From Candidatus Moraniibacteriota bacterium (GTDB taxonomy: Bacteria > Patescibacteriota > Minisyncoccia > Moranbacterales > UBA1568), in assembly GCA_043743535.1 (NCBI GenBank), contig JAYTWI010000009.1, positions 3,407-67,406 on the forward strand: a DNA stretch of 64,000 nucleotides, written 5' to 3'. The notes under the pieces were generated by a model. The model had not been told where the DNA came from, ran no database searches, and worked only from the letters and a program-made list of their open reading frames with translations. Each line of letters begins with the position of its first letter. Within the stretch, counting starts at the first letter, position 1. Shown here one piece after another: positions 40,297-47,788 of the stretch. The position numbers and the translations under genes were made by a program.

Positions 40297-41772
40297 ATGA
40301 GAAAAGATCAGGTCTTCTTTGGTAGCCTCCTCAGTTTTATCATTGGGGTCGGAGTCGGTTCATTTTTGAATTTTTCTTTTGCTTTCACTTGGTATCTCGG
40401 GACTGCTCTCATTGGAGCGGTTTTCTGTCTCTTCCCGAGAAGGATAATTCTTCTTTCATGGTTGTTTTTCTCTCTGTTTCTTTGGGGCACGTTCATCGCT
40501 TCTCAGGCCGAGCTTAGTTTTGCTCATCTGACATTTCCGACGACCGAGCGTGTGGGTGAAGTGCGTGTGATCAGTAATCCAGAGGAGAAAGGTTTTTTTC
40601 AAAAGGTCATTGTCCGTTTCACGGATTGTGTTGGAGGATGTCCGACGAAAGACATCTTGTGGCAAGCACCAGTGTCAACGATGATTGAAGCCGGTGAGCG
40701 CTTGCAGTTTCGTTGCCATCTAGCACGGCCAGAAAATTTCAGTGCTGATTTCGACTACCGTATGTTTTTGGCCAAAGATGGGATCGGTTTTTTGTGTCAA
40801 CATGCTACGTTAGCCGAAAAATTACCCGGGGATACGCCGGGACGCGTCAGTGCCGCCCTCTATGTGTTGAAGCATGCCTTGGAACGGGCTCTTTCTCAAA
40901 GTATTCCTGAACCGGAAGCGGGGCTGGCTAAGGGACTATTGCTTGGCGGCAGCAGCTATCTCCCTGATGCTTTGCAAAATGCTTTCACCCGAGTGGGGCT
41001 GACCCACATCGTGGCGGTGTCTGGTTACAATATCACTCTCATTGCGGAGGGACTGCTCTTCCTCGGATTATTTTTTGGTCTGTGGCGTAAGCAAGCGTTG
41101 TGGGTAGCATTTTTTGGCATTGTCTTTTTTATCCTGATGATTGGAGCGCCTGCCTCGGCCACGCGGGCCGGCTTTATGGCTGGAGTGGCCTTTGCGGCAC
41201 TTCAGGCTGGGCGTTTGGCGCGACCGCTCAATGCTTTGCTTTTGGCCGCCTCGATTATGCTTCTTTTTAATCCCTTGCTCTTGCGTTATGATGTCGGCTT
41301 TCAACTCTCCTTTTTGGCAACGTTGGGTATTATTTTTGTCTTGCCGTATATTGAGCGGGTGCTGCCCGAAAAGTTGCTTGCCCAAAGCGTGGGTGAGATC
41401 ATTCTTATGACTATGGCAGTGGAACTTTTTGTCTTACCGATTATCCTCTTTTCGTTTCATCGTTTTTCGCCGCTTATCATCGTGGCCAATTTTCTCATCA
41501 TCGTGGTACCTTTCGCTATGGCGGCTTCGTTTGTGGCTGGAGTGTTGTTCTTGCTCTTACCGGGGACACATACTCTTTTTGCCTGGCTTGCCTTTGCTCT
41601 TTTGACGTTCATTACCCGATCAGTCGAATGGTTGGGGGCTATCTCTTCAGCCAGTGTAACGATCGACGGTTTTGGAGTGAAGAGTCTGTTACTGTGGTAC
41701 GGAGTACTCTTTTTCCTTGTCAGATGGGGCGAGAAGCACTATGCTCAAAAAAACTATGACTACGAAAAATAA
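40297..41772 (+). CDS. comEC: ComEC/Rec2-family competence membrane channel (DUF4131 + competence domain, no fused MBL domain)
   Basis: ATG overlaps nrdR stop (TAAAATG); GLLLGGSSYLPDALQNAFTRVGLTHIVAVSGYNITLIAE; many TM helices. Confidence 0.8.
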   Translation: MRKDQVFFGSLLSFIIGVGVGSFLNFSFAFTWYLGTALIGAVFCLFPRRIILLSWLFFSLFLWGTFIASQAELSFAHLTFPTTERVGEVRVISNPEEKGFFQKVIVRFTDCVGGCPTKDILWQAPVSTMIEAGERLQFRCHLARPENFSADFDYRMFLAKDGIGFLCQHATLAEKLPGDTPGRVSAALYVLKHALERALSQSIPEPEAGLAKGLLLGGSSYLPDALQNAFTRVGLTHIVAVSGYNITLIAEGLLFLGLFFGLWRKQALWVAFFGIVFFILMIGAPASATRAGFMAGVAFAALQAGRLARPLNALLLAASIMLLFNPLLLRYDVGFQLSFLATLGIIFVLPYIERVLPEKLLAQSVGEIILMTMAVELFVLPIILFSFHRFSPLIIVANFLIIVVPFAMAASFVAGVLFLLLPGTHTLFAWLAFALLTFITRSVEWLGAISSASVTIDGFGVKSLLLWYGVLFFLVRWGEKHYAQKNYDYEK

Positions 41773-41856
41773 CAGGTATTTACCCGATTTTACTGGCACT
41801 CGCTCGGAAACGAAAGTAAACTTCGTTTCGCTTACTTCGTTTGGTAATAAAAAACT
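41769..41856 (+). repeat. intergenic repeat family copy 3 (diverged, with compensatory change in palindrome arms)
   Basis: AATAACAGGTATTTACCCGATTTTACTGGCACTCGCTCGGAAACGAAAGTAAACTTCGTTTCGCTTACTTCGTTTGGTAATAAAAAA; overlaps comEC stop codon. Confidence 0.85.
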
Positions 41857-41860
41857 CAGA

Positions 41861-42691
41861 CTGTTAATTTTTTGTTTGGCGCTCACCGTCTTCTTAGGGA
41901 TCCTTTTTTGCTTTTGGTTTTTCTGGCAGTATCAAAAAACAGAAGTAGTGTTCTTGAATGTGGGTCAGGGCGATGCCATCCTCATCTCGCAAGGGACGAA
42001 TCAAATACTGATCGATGGCGGGCGGAGTAGTAAAGAACTCCTGGCACATTTGGGGCGCCACATGCCATTTTGGGATCGCCGCATCGAAGCGGTTATTGCC
42101 ACCCACCCGGATGCCGACCATATTGGTGGTCTGCCAGCTCTCTTTCGGGCTTATCAGATCGGAGCAGTGTTCTACACGGGGGCGGAAAGTGACACGGAGA
42201 CTGACCGACTCTTTTTAGCGGGAGGAGAGAAGAGTACTGGGCACGCTCTCTACACCATTTTTCACGGTGGCAGTATGGAATTTCCAAAGGGAGGGAAACT
42301 TTCGATTGAATATCCACAGACGGCACTGCCCAAAGAAGCCAAGGACACCAACGAGGGGAGTATCGTGGCTCGGTTCGTGTATGGCGAAACAAGTTTTCTT
42401 TTGACGGGGGACTTGCCGCACGAAGAAACGGTCTTGCTCGATGAGGCACCAGTGACGGTACTCAAGGTAGCGCATCACGGTTCCAAGTATTCATCGAGTG
42501 AAGATTTCCTCAAGATGGTGGAACCGAAAGAAGCCATCATTTCCGTCGGTCAGAATAGTTATGGCCATCCAAATCAGGGCGTGCTAGAACGTTTACAGAA
42601 GATAGGGAGTATCATTCATCGGACAGATCAAGAAGGGGACATTGTTTATACTTGTTTAGCTATGATCAAACAATGCCACTTTGTGAGATGA
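41861..42691 (+). CDS. membrane-anchored MBL-fold metallo-hydrolase (stand-alone ComEC C-terminal beta-lactamase-like domain)
   Basis: VVFLNVGQGDAILIS, ATHPDADHIGG, VAHHGSKYSS; start codon unresolved (ORF-track ATG 41717 lies inside comEC and reads through the repeat; CTG 41861/TTG 41876 possible). Confidence 0.65.
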   Translation: MLIFCLALTVFLGILFCFWFFWQYQKTEVVFLNVGQGDAILISQGTNQILIDGGRSSKELLAHLGRHMPFWDRRIEAVIATHPDADHIGGLPALFRAYQIGAVFYTGAESDTETDRLFLAGGEKSTGHALYTIFHGGSMEFPKGGKLSIEYPQTALPKEAKDTNEGSIVARFVYGETSFLLTGDLPHEETVLLDEAPVTVLKVAHHGSKYSSSEDFLKMVEPKEAIISVGQNSYGHPNQGVLERLQKIGSIIHRTDQEGDIVYTCLAMIKQCHFVR

Positions 42692-42826
42692 AGGCCTGTT
42701 GTAAGGAATGATAGCGTAGTGTATACTGCTCCCCGATGCAGGAAGCGAAGAGTCATATTGCCACGCGGTATTTTCTGTGTCATAGTATAGTGGCTTACAA
42801 AGTAAATTTTTGACTAAAGGAATCGT

Positions 42827-43438
42827 ATGAGTACGCACGCCCATCCCAAGAAAGAACGCACCCTGGTTATTTTGAAACCTGACGCTATTCAGCGCTCGCT
42901 CATCGGCGAGATTATGAGGCGTATCGAACGGGTCGGACTGAAGCTCGTCGCAGTGAAACTATTGTTGGCGACGGAAGAGCAGTGCTGGGCGCATTATCAA
43001 AAGGATGATGAATGGTATCTGAAAAAAGGGCAGCGCGTCATCGATGATCGCAAAGAACACGGCCTAGCCGTTGACAAAGAACCATTGGAATACGGTAAAG
43101 ATATCATCCGAACGATTGTTGACTATATGGTATCCGGTCCGGCTCTCGGTCTGGTAGTGGAGGGTTTAGGGGCGGTCTCGGTCACCAAAAAACTGGTGGG
43201 CGGCACGGAACCGAGTACTTCTGATGTCGGCACTATCCGTGGTGATTTTACCATCGATACCTACGGTGTTTCTGCCCTAGACAATCGGGCTGTGCGCAAC
43301 CTCGTGCACTGTTCCGATAGTAAGGAAGAAGCGGAACGGGAAATCCCCATCTGGTTTGAAAAGAAAGAAATCATCGATTATCGTTTGGTACAGGAGCAGA
43401 TTCTCTATGATGTAAACCTCGACGGCATTCTGGAATAA
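42827..43438 (+). CDS. ndk: nucleoside diphosphate kinase (long form)
   Basis: RTLVILKPDAIQRSLIGEIMRRIERVGLKLVAVK..., NLVHCSDSKEEAEREIPIWF; insertion relative to canonical 140-aa NDK. Confidence 0.8.
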   Translation: MSTHAHPKKERTLVILKPDAIQRSLIGEIMRRIERVGLKLVAVKLLLATEEQCWAHYQKDDEWYLKKGQRVIDDRKEHGLAVDKEPLEYGKDIIRTIVDYMVSGPALGLVVEGLGAVSVTKKLVGGTEPSTSDVGTIRGDFTIDTYGVSALDNRAVRNLVHCSDSKEEAEREIPIWFEKKEIIDYRLVQEQILYDVNLDGILE

Positions 43439-43464
43439 GAGCGAAAAAACATGAATTTTTACCA

Positions 43465-43492
43465 AAGACTTCCTACGAGGAAGTCTTTTTGT
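43465..43492 (+). terminator. rho-independent terminator after ndk
   Basis: AAGACTTCC-TACGA-GGAAGTCTT + TTTTT. Confidence 0.8.
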
Positions 43493-43503
43493 GTTCAAAT
43501 GAC

Positions 43504-43546
43504 TTGACAGCTGTGGGTTGACAGGAGGGAAGAATTGGCGTATAGT
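43504..43546 (+). promoter_or_regulatory. consensus sigma70 promoter (tandem TTGACA boxes; TTGACA-17-TATAGT)
   Basis: TTGACA 43504-43509 and 43518-43523; TATAGT 43541-43546. Confidence 0.65.
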
Positions 43547-43676
43547 ACACATTGTACGAAGGGTCACGAGCCCTCTGTATAGGATGTTCTTAGGAGAGTT
43601 GTTACGCAACTTTCCGCAAGGGTTCTCGCCGCAAAACGCGAGCGTAGGTTGTTTTACAATATGAAAAGAGAAAAAG

Positions 43677-43940
43677 ATGGCAATCATACCATTTGCTACT
43701 ATTGAGGGTGCGCAGAAATCTATTTTTTCCAGCACCCCCACGCCAAAACCCTCTGACAGTAGCCAACCGGACACCCCTGATGTCGGTGGTTCGTTGGTTG
43801 TCGCGACGTCGACCAATCGTATGTCTCTGGCGACGGAGCTATCCCGCGTTGTCGATACCGATCGCCACAAGCCAGCGGGGAGCGACAAAGCGTGGGAGTA
43901 CCATGTCGGCGATTCGCGTCTGTCTCGCCAGATTCGTTAG
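43677..43940 (+). CDS. hypothetical small protein (orfA of GC-rich cassette)
   Basis: 87-aa ORF downstream of consensus promoter and ~130-nt leader; GC ~58%; frame choice uncertain in GC-rich DNA. Confidence 0.3.
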   Translation: MAIIPFATIEGAQKSIFSSTPTPKPSDSSQPDTPDVGGSLVVATSTNRMSLATELSRVVDTDRHKPAGSDKAWEYHVGDSRLSRQIR

Positions 43941-43949
43941 GAGCACATC

Positions 43950-44138
43950 ATGACAGAAAAGGTTGCCCTCGAAGAGGGCGAGCTACCGCTGCAGAAGAAA
44001 GTTGTTCTGGCGCCACCACCGCAAGTGGTGGTTCATGTGCACGACATTGAGCACAACATCTCGCTTGTCGGGGTGCGCGAGCCCGGGCAACACAGCTACC
44101 GCTATTGCCCGGAGGATGATCCGCCCTCCGAAGGGTGA
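43950..44138 (+). CDS. hypothetical small protein (orfB of GC-rich cassette)
   Basis: 62-aa ORF with AGGAG RBS 7 nt upstream of ATG; followed by hairpin and terminator. Confidence 0.35.
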   Translation: MTEKVALEEGELPLQKKVVLAPPPQVVVHVHDIEHNISLVGVREPGQHSYRYCPEDDPPSEG

Positions 44139-44168
44139 GTCGCCGGTAACCACCGGCTAAGCAACACA

Positions 44169-44203
44169 GGGAGCATTCATCCGAATGGCTCCCTTTTCAT
44201 TTA
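44169..44203 (+). terminator. rho-independent terminator closing the small-ORF cassette
   Basis: GGGAGCATTC-ATCC-GAATGGCTCCC then TTTTCATTT. Confidence 0.7.
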
Positions 44204-44247
44204 CTCCAAATTTTGCTAGGCTCTCTAAGTGCTATATTTTTATACAG

Positions 44248-44321
44248 CGGGCTGTAGTATATCGGCAGTACGCGTGCATGGGGTGCACGTAGGCCGGGTT
44301 CGATTCCCGGCAGCCCGACCA
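44248..44321 (+). tRNA. tRNA-Pro (anticodon GGG)
   Basis: acceptor CGGGCTG/CAGCCCG, D-arm GTAT..GTAC, anticodon stem CGTGC/GCACG with loop ATGGGGT, T-arm CCGGG-TTCGATT-CCCGG, discriminator A, encoded CCA. Confidence 0.85.
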
Positions 44322-44331
44322 TAAAGAAAAA
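44285..44331 (+). repeat. 47-bp direct repeat copy 1 (tRNA-Pro 3' half from anticodon-stem 3' strand through CCA plus TAAAGAAAAA)
   Basis: GCACGTAGGCCGGGTTCGATTCCCGGCAGCCCGACCATAAAGAAAAA identical at 44646-44692. Confidence 0.9.
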
Positions 44332-44457
44332 TAAGGCTGGGGGGCGTAAAGCAAACTGCTTTGCTTTACGCGGGTATTTCCGTAAGTCGTCTCTGGCTTA
44401 CGGATAAAAAACACCCCGGAACTTGTAGTAGCAGTTCGATTCTGCTTACCCCGACAT

Positions 44458-44547
44458 TTTTGGTTTATTACCAAACGAAGCGAGTGAAACGAAAGTGTAC
44501 TTTTGTTTCCGAGCGAGTGCTGGTAAAATCGGGTGAATACTCGTTAT
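44458..44547 (-). repeat. intergenic repeat family copy 4 (reverse orientation), inside the tRNA-flanked insert
   Basis: plus strand TTTATTACCAAACGAAGCGAGTGAAACGAAAGTGTACTTTTGTTTCCGAGCGAGTGCTGGTAAAATCGGGTGAATACTCGTTATT. Confidence 0.85.
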
Positions 44548-44645
44548 TCTTCATGTACGCGGCATGGGGGTAAAAAGTGAACTGCTTCACTTTTTACGGT
44601 TTTCTTCGAAAAGCGTCTCTGTTTTTCGGGAAAAGAAAACCCGGA

Positions 44646-44692
44646 GCACGTAGGCCGGGTTCGATTCCCGGCAGCCCGACCATAAAGAAAAA
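44646..44692 (+). repeat. 47-bp direct repeat copy 2 (partial tRNA-Pro 3' half; att-like)
   Basis: perfect match to 44285-44331; no 5' tRNA half upstream. Confidence 0.9.
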
Positions 44693-44693
44693 A

Positions 44694-44719
44694 CCTCCCC
44701 CAAATGGGGGAGGTTTTTG
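44694..44719 (+). terminator. rho-independent terminator
   Basis: CCTCCCCC-AAAT-GGGGGAGG + TTTTT. Confidence 0.8.
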
Positions 44720-44794
44720 ATATTAAAAAAAGACTATTATAAGGCATTATTTTGCGATTCTTTCTGTTCTTTGGTCTACGGATAGCAGTTGCTA

Positions 44795-44823
44795 TTGACA
44801 ATAAATCATTTTTGGTGTATAAT
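44795..44823 (+). promoter_or_regulatory. perfect-consensus sigma70 promoter TTGACA-17-TATAAT
   Basis: TTGACA 44795-44800, TATAAT 44818-44823. Confidence 0.7.
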
Positions 44824-44909
44824 AAAATGTTTAGTAATTTAATAAAAAAATAACTGGACGGCTCCCGTGGGGCACCCCCTCATTTCGCATCCCCTTACCC
44901 GGGGAAGGC

Positions 44910-45419
44910 ATGCGGCTCATTCTGGAGCTTTCCATGAACTACCTGCCTGCTGCCGCAACATTTGAGGAATTTCCTGTTCAGAGCCTTTGGGCTAAGCCGG
45001 AATTCAAGAAGAACAAGGTGTCACAGAAGACCCGATTTCTTCCCAAGACCGAAAGGCTTCTGGCATTGAACCGAGCGGATGAGGTCTCTGCGTATGACTT
45101 CCAGCCGCTACAGCACCATCAGCCATTAGCAAAGATGCGCATTCAGTTGGGTGACCAAGTGGTCTTCTCGGCCGCTATTCCTCTGACTCTGCAGGAAGAG
45201 ATGTGCGGAGGAGAGCCGATGCAGGTGCTCGGAGTGGAAGATTCCAATGTCGACACCATAATCGAGGTGCCTTTCGAATTCGGTACTGGCGAGGTGGTTT
45301 TTCCAGAACCCCTCGCGAGCGAAGACTTCATCGAAGTCACGGTTAAAACGACACTCGGATACCTCATGGTGGCTAATGCGAAATACTTCCGGCGTGTAGA
45401 GGAAGAAACCCTCGCATAG
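44910..45419 (+). CDS. hypothetical protein (orphan)
   Basis: 169-aa ORF downstream of consensus promoter; terminator hairpin GCCCGTATG...CATACGGGC at 45460-45490. Confidence 0.5.
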   Translation: MRLILELSMNYLPAAATFEEFPVQSLWAKPEFKKNKVSQKTRFLPKTERLLALNRADEVSAYDFQPLQHHQPLAKMRIQLGDQVVFSAAIPLTLQEEMCGGEPMQVLGVEDSNVDTIIEVPFEFGTGEVVFPEPLASEDFIEVTVKTTLGYLMVANAKYFRRVEEETLA

Positions 45420-45491
45420 CTCACAGTCCTACTGGTCTCCTCCAGTAGCCATATATCAAGCCCGTATGACATTATTCATACGGGCTTCTTC

Positions 45492-45531
45492 ATTACCAAA
45501 CGAGTGCAAAATCAGGTCAATAACTGTTATT
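45492..45531 (-). repeat. intergenic repeat family copy 7 (internal-deletion derivative lacking the palindrome)
   Basis: ATTACCAAACGAGTGCAAAATCAGGTCAATAACTGTTATT aligns to both ends of the family consensus in reverse orientation. Confidence 0.6.
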
Positions 45532-45540
45532 TTTAAATAT

Positions 45541-45571
45541 AAAAAAATCCCCGTTGAGCGGGGAATTTTTC
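45541..45571. terminator. bidirectional terminator (serves minus-strand rpmB)
   Basis: AAAAAAA-TCCCCG-TTGAG-CGGGGA-ATTTTTC. Confidence 0.75.
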
Positions 45572-45582
45572 TTTGATATGCT

Positions 45583-45759
45583 TTAAGCAGTGGCTTTGGC
45601 TAGGGTGCGGAGGGCTTTGGTGGAAAGCTTAATCTTCATACCGCCGATGCGGCGGGTTTGAATATTGACCTTGAAGGTGCGGCGAGTGGCGATGTTGGAG
45701 TGGCTACGGGCATTGCCAGTCTGCGTGCCACGGCCAGAAAGTTGACAGGTTCGACTCAT
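45583..45759 (-). CDS. rpmB: 50S ribosomal protein L28
   Basis: MSRTCQLSGRGTQTGNARSHSNIATRRTFKVNIQTRRI... matches L28 family. Confidence 0.8.
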   Translation of the reverse strand: MSRTCQLSGRGTQTGNARSHSNIATRRTFKVNIQTRRIGGMKIKLSTKALRTLAKATA

Positions 45760-45864
45760 AAGGATGCTTGAGATATTACTCACTGTACGCTATCATACCT
45801 TTGTCCCTTTGGCAAGACTAAGGGCACAATAGGAAGGAAAAAATACTCTGGTCTCAATAATCCC

Positions 45865-46617
45865 TTGCGAAATGAATCTCTAAAAGTCATCATTATGGCC
45901 AGTGAAATCGTTCTTGTCGGCTTCTATATCTTCACTCTTATCTATTCCGTCATTATTCACGAGGTGGCGCACGGAGTGATGGCACTGTGGCTAGGGGATA
46001 TGACCGCCAAATATGCCGACCGTTTGAATTTGAACCCTTTGAAGCACATCGATCCTTTCGGCTCGGTGATTTTGCCAGTGCTTCTTTTTGCCACTACGGG
46101 TTTTGCTTTTGGCTGGGCCAAGCCGGTGCCGTACAACCCGTATAATCTGAAGAATCAGAAATGGGGGCCGACCTGGGTGGCTTTGGCCGGGCCGGGAGCC
46201 AATCTCCTCTTGGCTTTTGTAGCAGCGTTCATTGCCAAGCTGTTGCCGATTGCGCTCTTGGTTAAAACAGATATCCTGGCACGTTTTATTGGAGTCATTG
46301 GTGGCCGAGGAGATTTTCTGGAACGTTTTCAGTTACTTTCTTTGGCGATGGCCGGATCGCTCCCAAATATTTTTTTCGGTCTACTACTCTTGGTGATTTT
46401 TTGGAACGTGGTGTTAGCCTGTTTCAATCTGCTCCCGGTACCGCCGCTTGATGGTTCCAAAATCCTCTATACCCTGTTACCGATCAAGGAGCGGACAATG
46501 CTCCTCTTGGAGCAGTATGGGCTTTTTGTTCTGATCTTCGTTATCTTTTTCTTTTCTGGTCCCATTAGCCTCTTTATCAATTTTGTCCTCGGTATGTTCC
46601 TGCGTTTTACGCTGTAG
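45865..46617 (+). CDS. site-2 protease family (peptidase M50) membrane metalloprotease
   Basis: HEVAHG HExxH in TM helix, NLLPVPPLDGSKIL LDG motif. Confidence 0.75.
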   Translation: MRNESLKVIIMASEIVLVGFYIFTLIYSVIIHEVAHGVMALWLGDMTAKYADRLNLNPLKHIDPFGSVILPVLLFATTGFAFGWAKPVPYNPYNLKNQKWGPTWVALAGPGANLLLAFVAAFIAKLLPIALLVKTDILARFIGVIGGRGDFLERFQLLSLAMAGSLPNIFFGLLLLVIFWNVVLACFNLLPVPPLDGSKILYTLLPIKERTMLLLEQYGLFVLIFVIFFFSGPISLFINFVLGMFLRFTL

Positions 46618-46736
46618 TGTTGACAAGAAACAGGGATTTCGATACTATGGGTTATACGGAAAAGCTAGAGCCTTTTCTGTTTTCTTACAGTATTTTCTCA
46701 TCATCCATCATTCAACCATTTTAAACGTTTACTGTT

Positions 46737-47153
46737 GTGTCCACCATCAACCAACTCATCAAGCGTCCGCGAACCTCGGCCAAGAAAAAGTCGAAGTCTC
46801 CGGCCATGACCTACTCGATCAATTCCGTCAAAAACCGCAACACGTTCCACAATAGTCCGTTCAAGCGCGGAGTGTGTATCAAGGTATCGACCACGACGCC
46901 CAAGAAACCGAACTCCGCTTTGCGTAAAATTGCCCGTGTTCGCTTGACCAATGGGATGGAAGTGACCGCCTATATTCCTGGTGAAGGCCACAACCTGCAG
47001 GAACACTCTATTGTCATGATCCGTGGTGGCCGTGTCAAAGACTTGCCAGGTGTGCGCTATCACATCGTGCGCGGGATTTTCGATGCCGCCGGTGTCGCCC
47101 GCAAACAGAGCCGCAGCAAGTACGGTGCCAAGAAAGATAAGAAGAAAGCCTAA
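46737..47153 (+). CDS. rpsL: 30S ribosomal protein S12
   Basis: GTG start; [49 protein letters not shown]. Confidence 0.9.
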   Translation: MSTINQLIKRPRTSAKKKSKSPAMTYSINSVKNRNTFHNSPFKRGVCIKVSTTTPKKPNSALRKIARVRLTNGMEVTAYIPGEGHNLQEHSIVMIRGGRVKDLPGVRYHIVRGIFDAAGVARKQSRSKYGAKKDKKKA

Positions 47154-47186
47154 CCCAATATAATTCTGTTTTGAAGTTCTCATCCT

Positions 47187-47654
47187 ATGCCACGAAGAAA
47201 ACGACAATTCGCCCGTGAATGGAAACCGGATACCCTCTATGGCAATCCTTTGGTTGGTCATTTCGTGGGGATGATTATGTGGAATGGCAAGAAGAGCGTG
47301 GCAGAAAAGATTATCTACGATGCTTTCGAAGTGATCCACGAGCGTACCAAGAAGGGTGGACTCAATACTTTTGAACAAGCAATCAAGAATGTTTCCCCGC
47401 TCCTGCAACTGAAGAGCCGTCGTGTTGGTGGGGCCAACTACCAAGTGCCAGTGCCAGTTTCTGGCGAACGCCGCCAGGTGCTCGCTATGCGTTGGATCCG
47501 CGATGCCTGCCGCAAGCGCAAGGGCAAGGCTATGGCTGAAAAATTGGCCGATGAACTTTTGGATGCCGTCAACAAGACTGGTACCGCGATGAAGAAGCGC
47601 GAAGAGACCCACCGTATGGCCGAAGCCAACAAGGCTTTTGCTCACTTTGCTTAG
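47187..47654 (+). CDS. rpsG: 30S ribosomal protein S7
   Basis: MPRRKRQFAREWKPDTLYGNPLV...GKKSVAEKIIYDAFE. Confidence 0.9.
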   Translation: MPRRKRQFAREWKPDTLYGNPLVGHFVGMIMWNGKKSVAEKIIYDAFEVIHERTKKGGLNTFEQAIKNVSPLLQLKSRRVGGANYQVPVPVSGERRQVLAMRWIRDACRKRKGKAMAEKLADELLDAVNKTGTAMKKREETHRMAEANKAFAHFA

Positions 47655-47788
47655 AGTGCTAAAATTCTCAATTGACCATTTTCATTGATTTTTCAATGGT
47701 GTATTGTCACTTTCGGTTTTTTGAGCATATTGAAAATTGAGACGCTGAGAATTTTTTGAAAATTGATAATTGGAAATTAAAAAAGACT

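Noticed and set aside
41717-41860. ATG-initiated N-terminal extension of the MBL-fold gene (ORF track 41717..42691)
   Set aside because: This start lies inside the comEC coding region and translates through the intergenic repeat. It is more likely an artefact of the repeat being open in that frame.
44646-44682. Second tRNA-Pro gene
   Set aside because: Only the 3' half (anticodon-stem 3' strand through CCA) is present. No acceptor 5' strand, D-arm or anticodon loop lies upstream. It is a partial duplicate.
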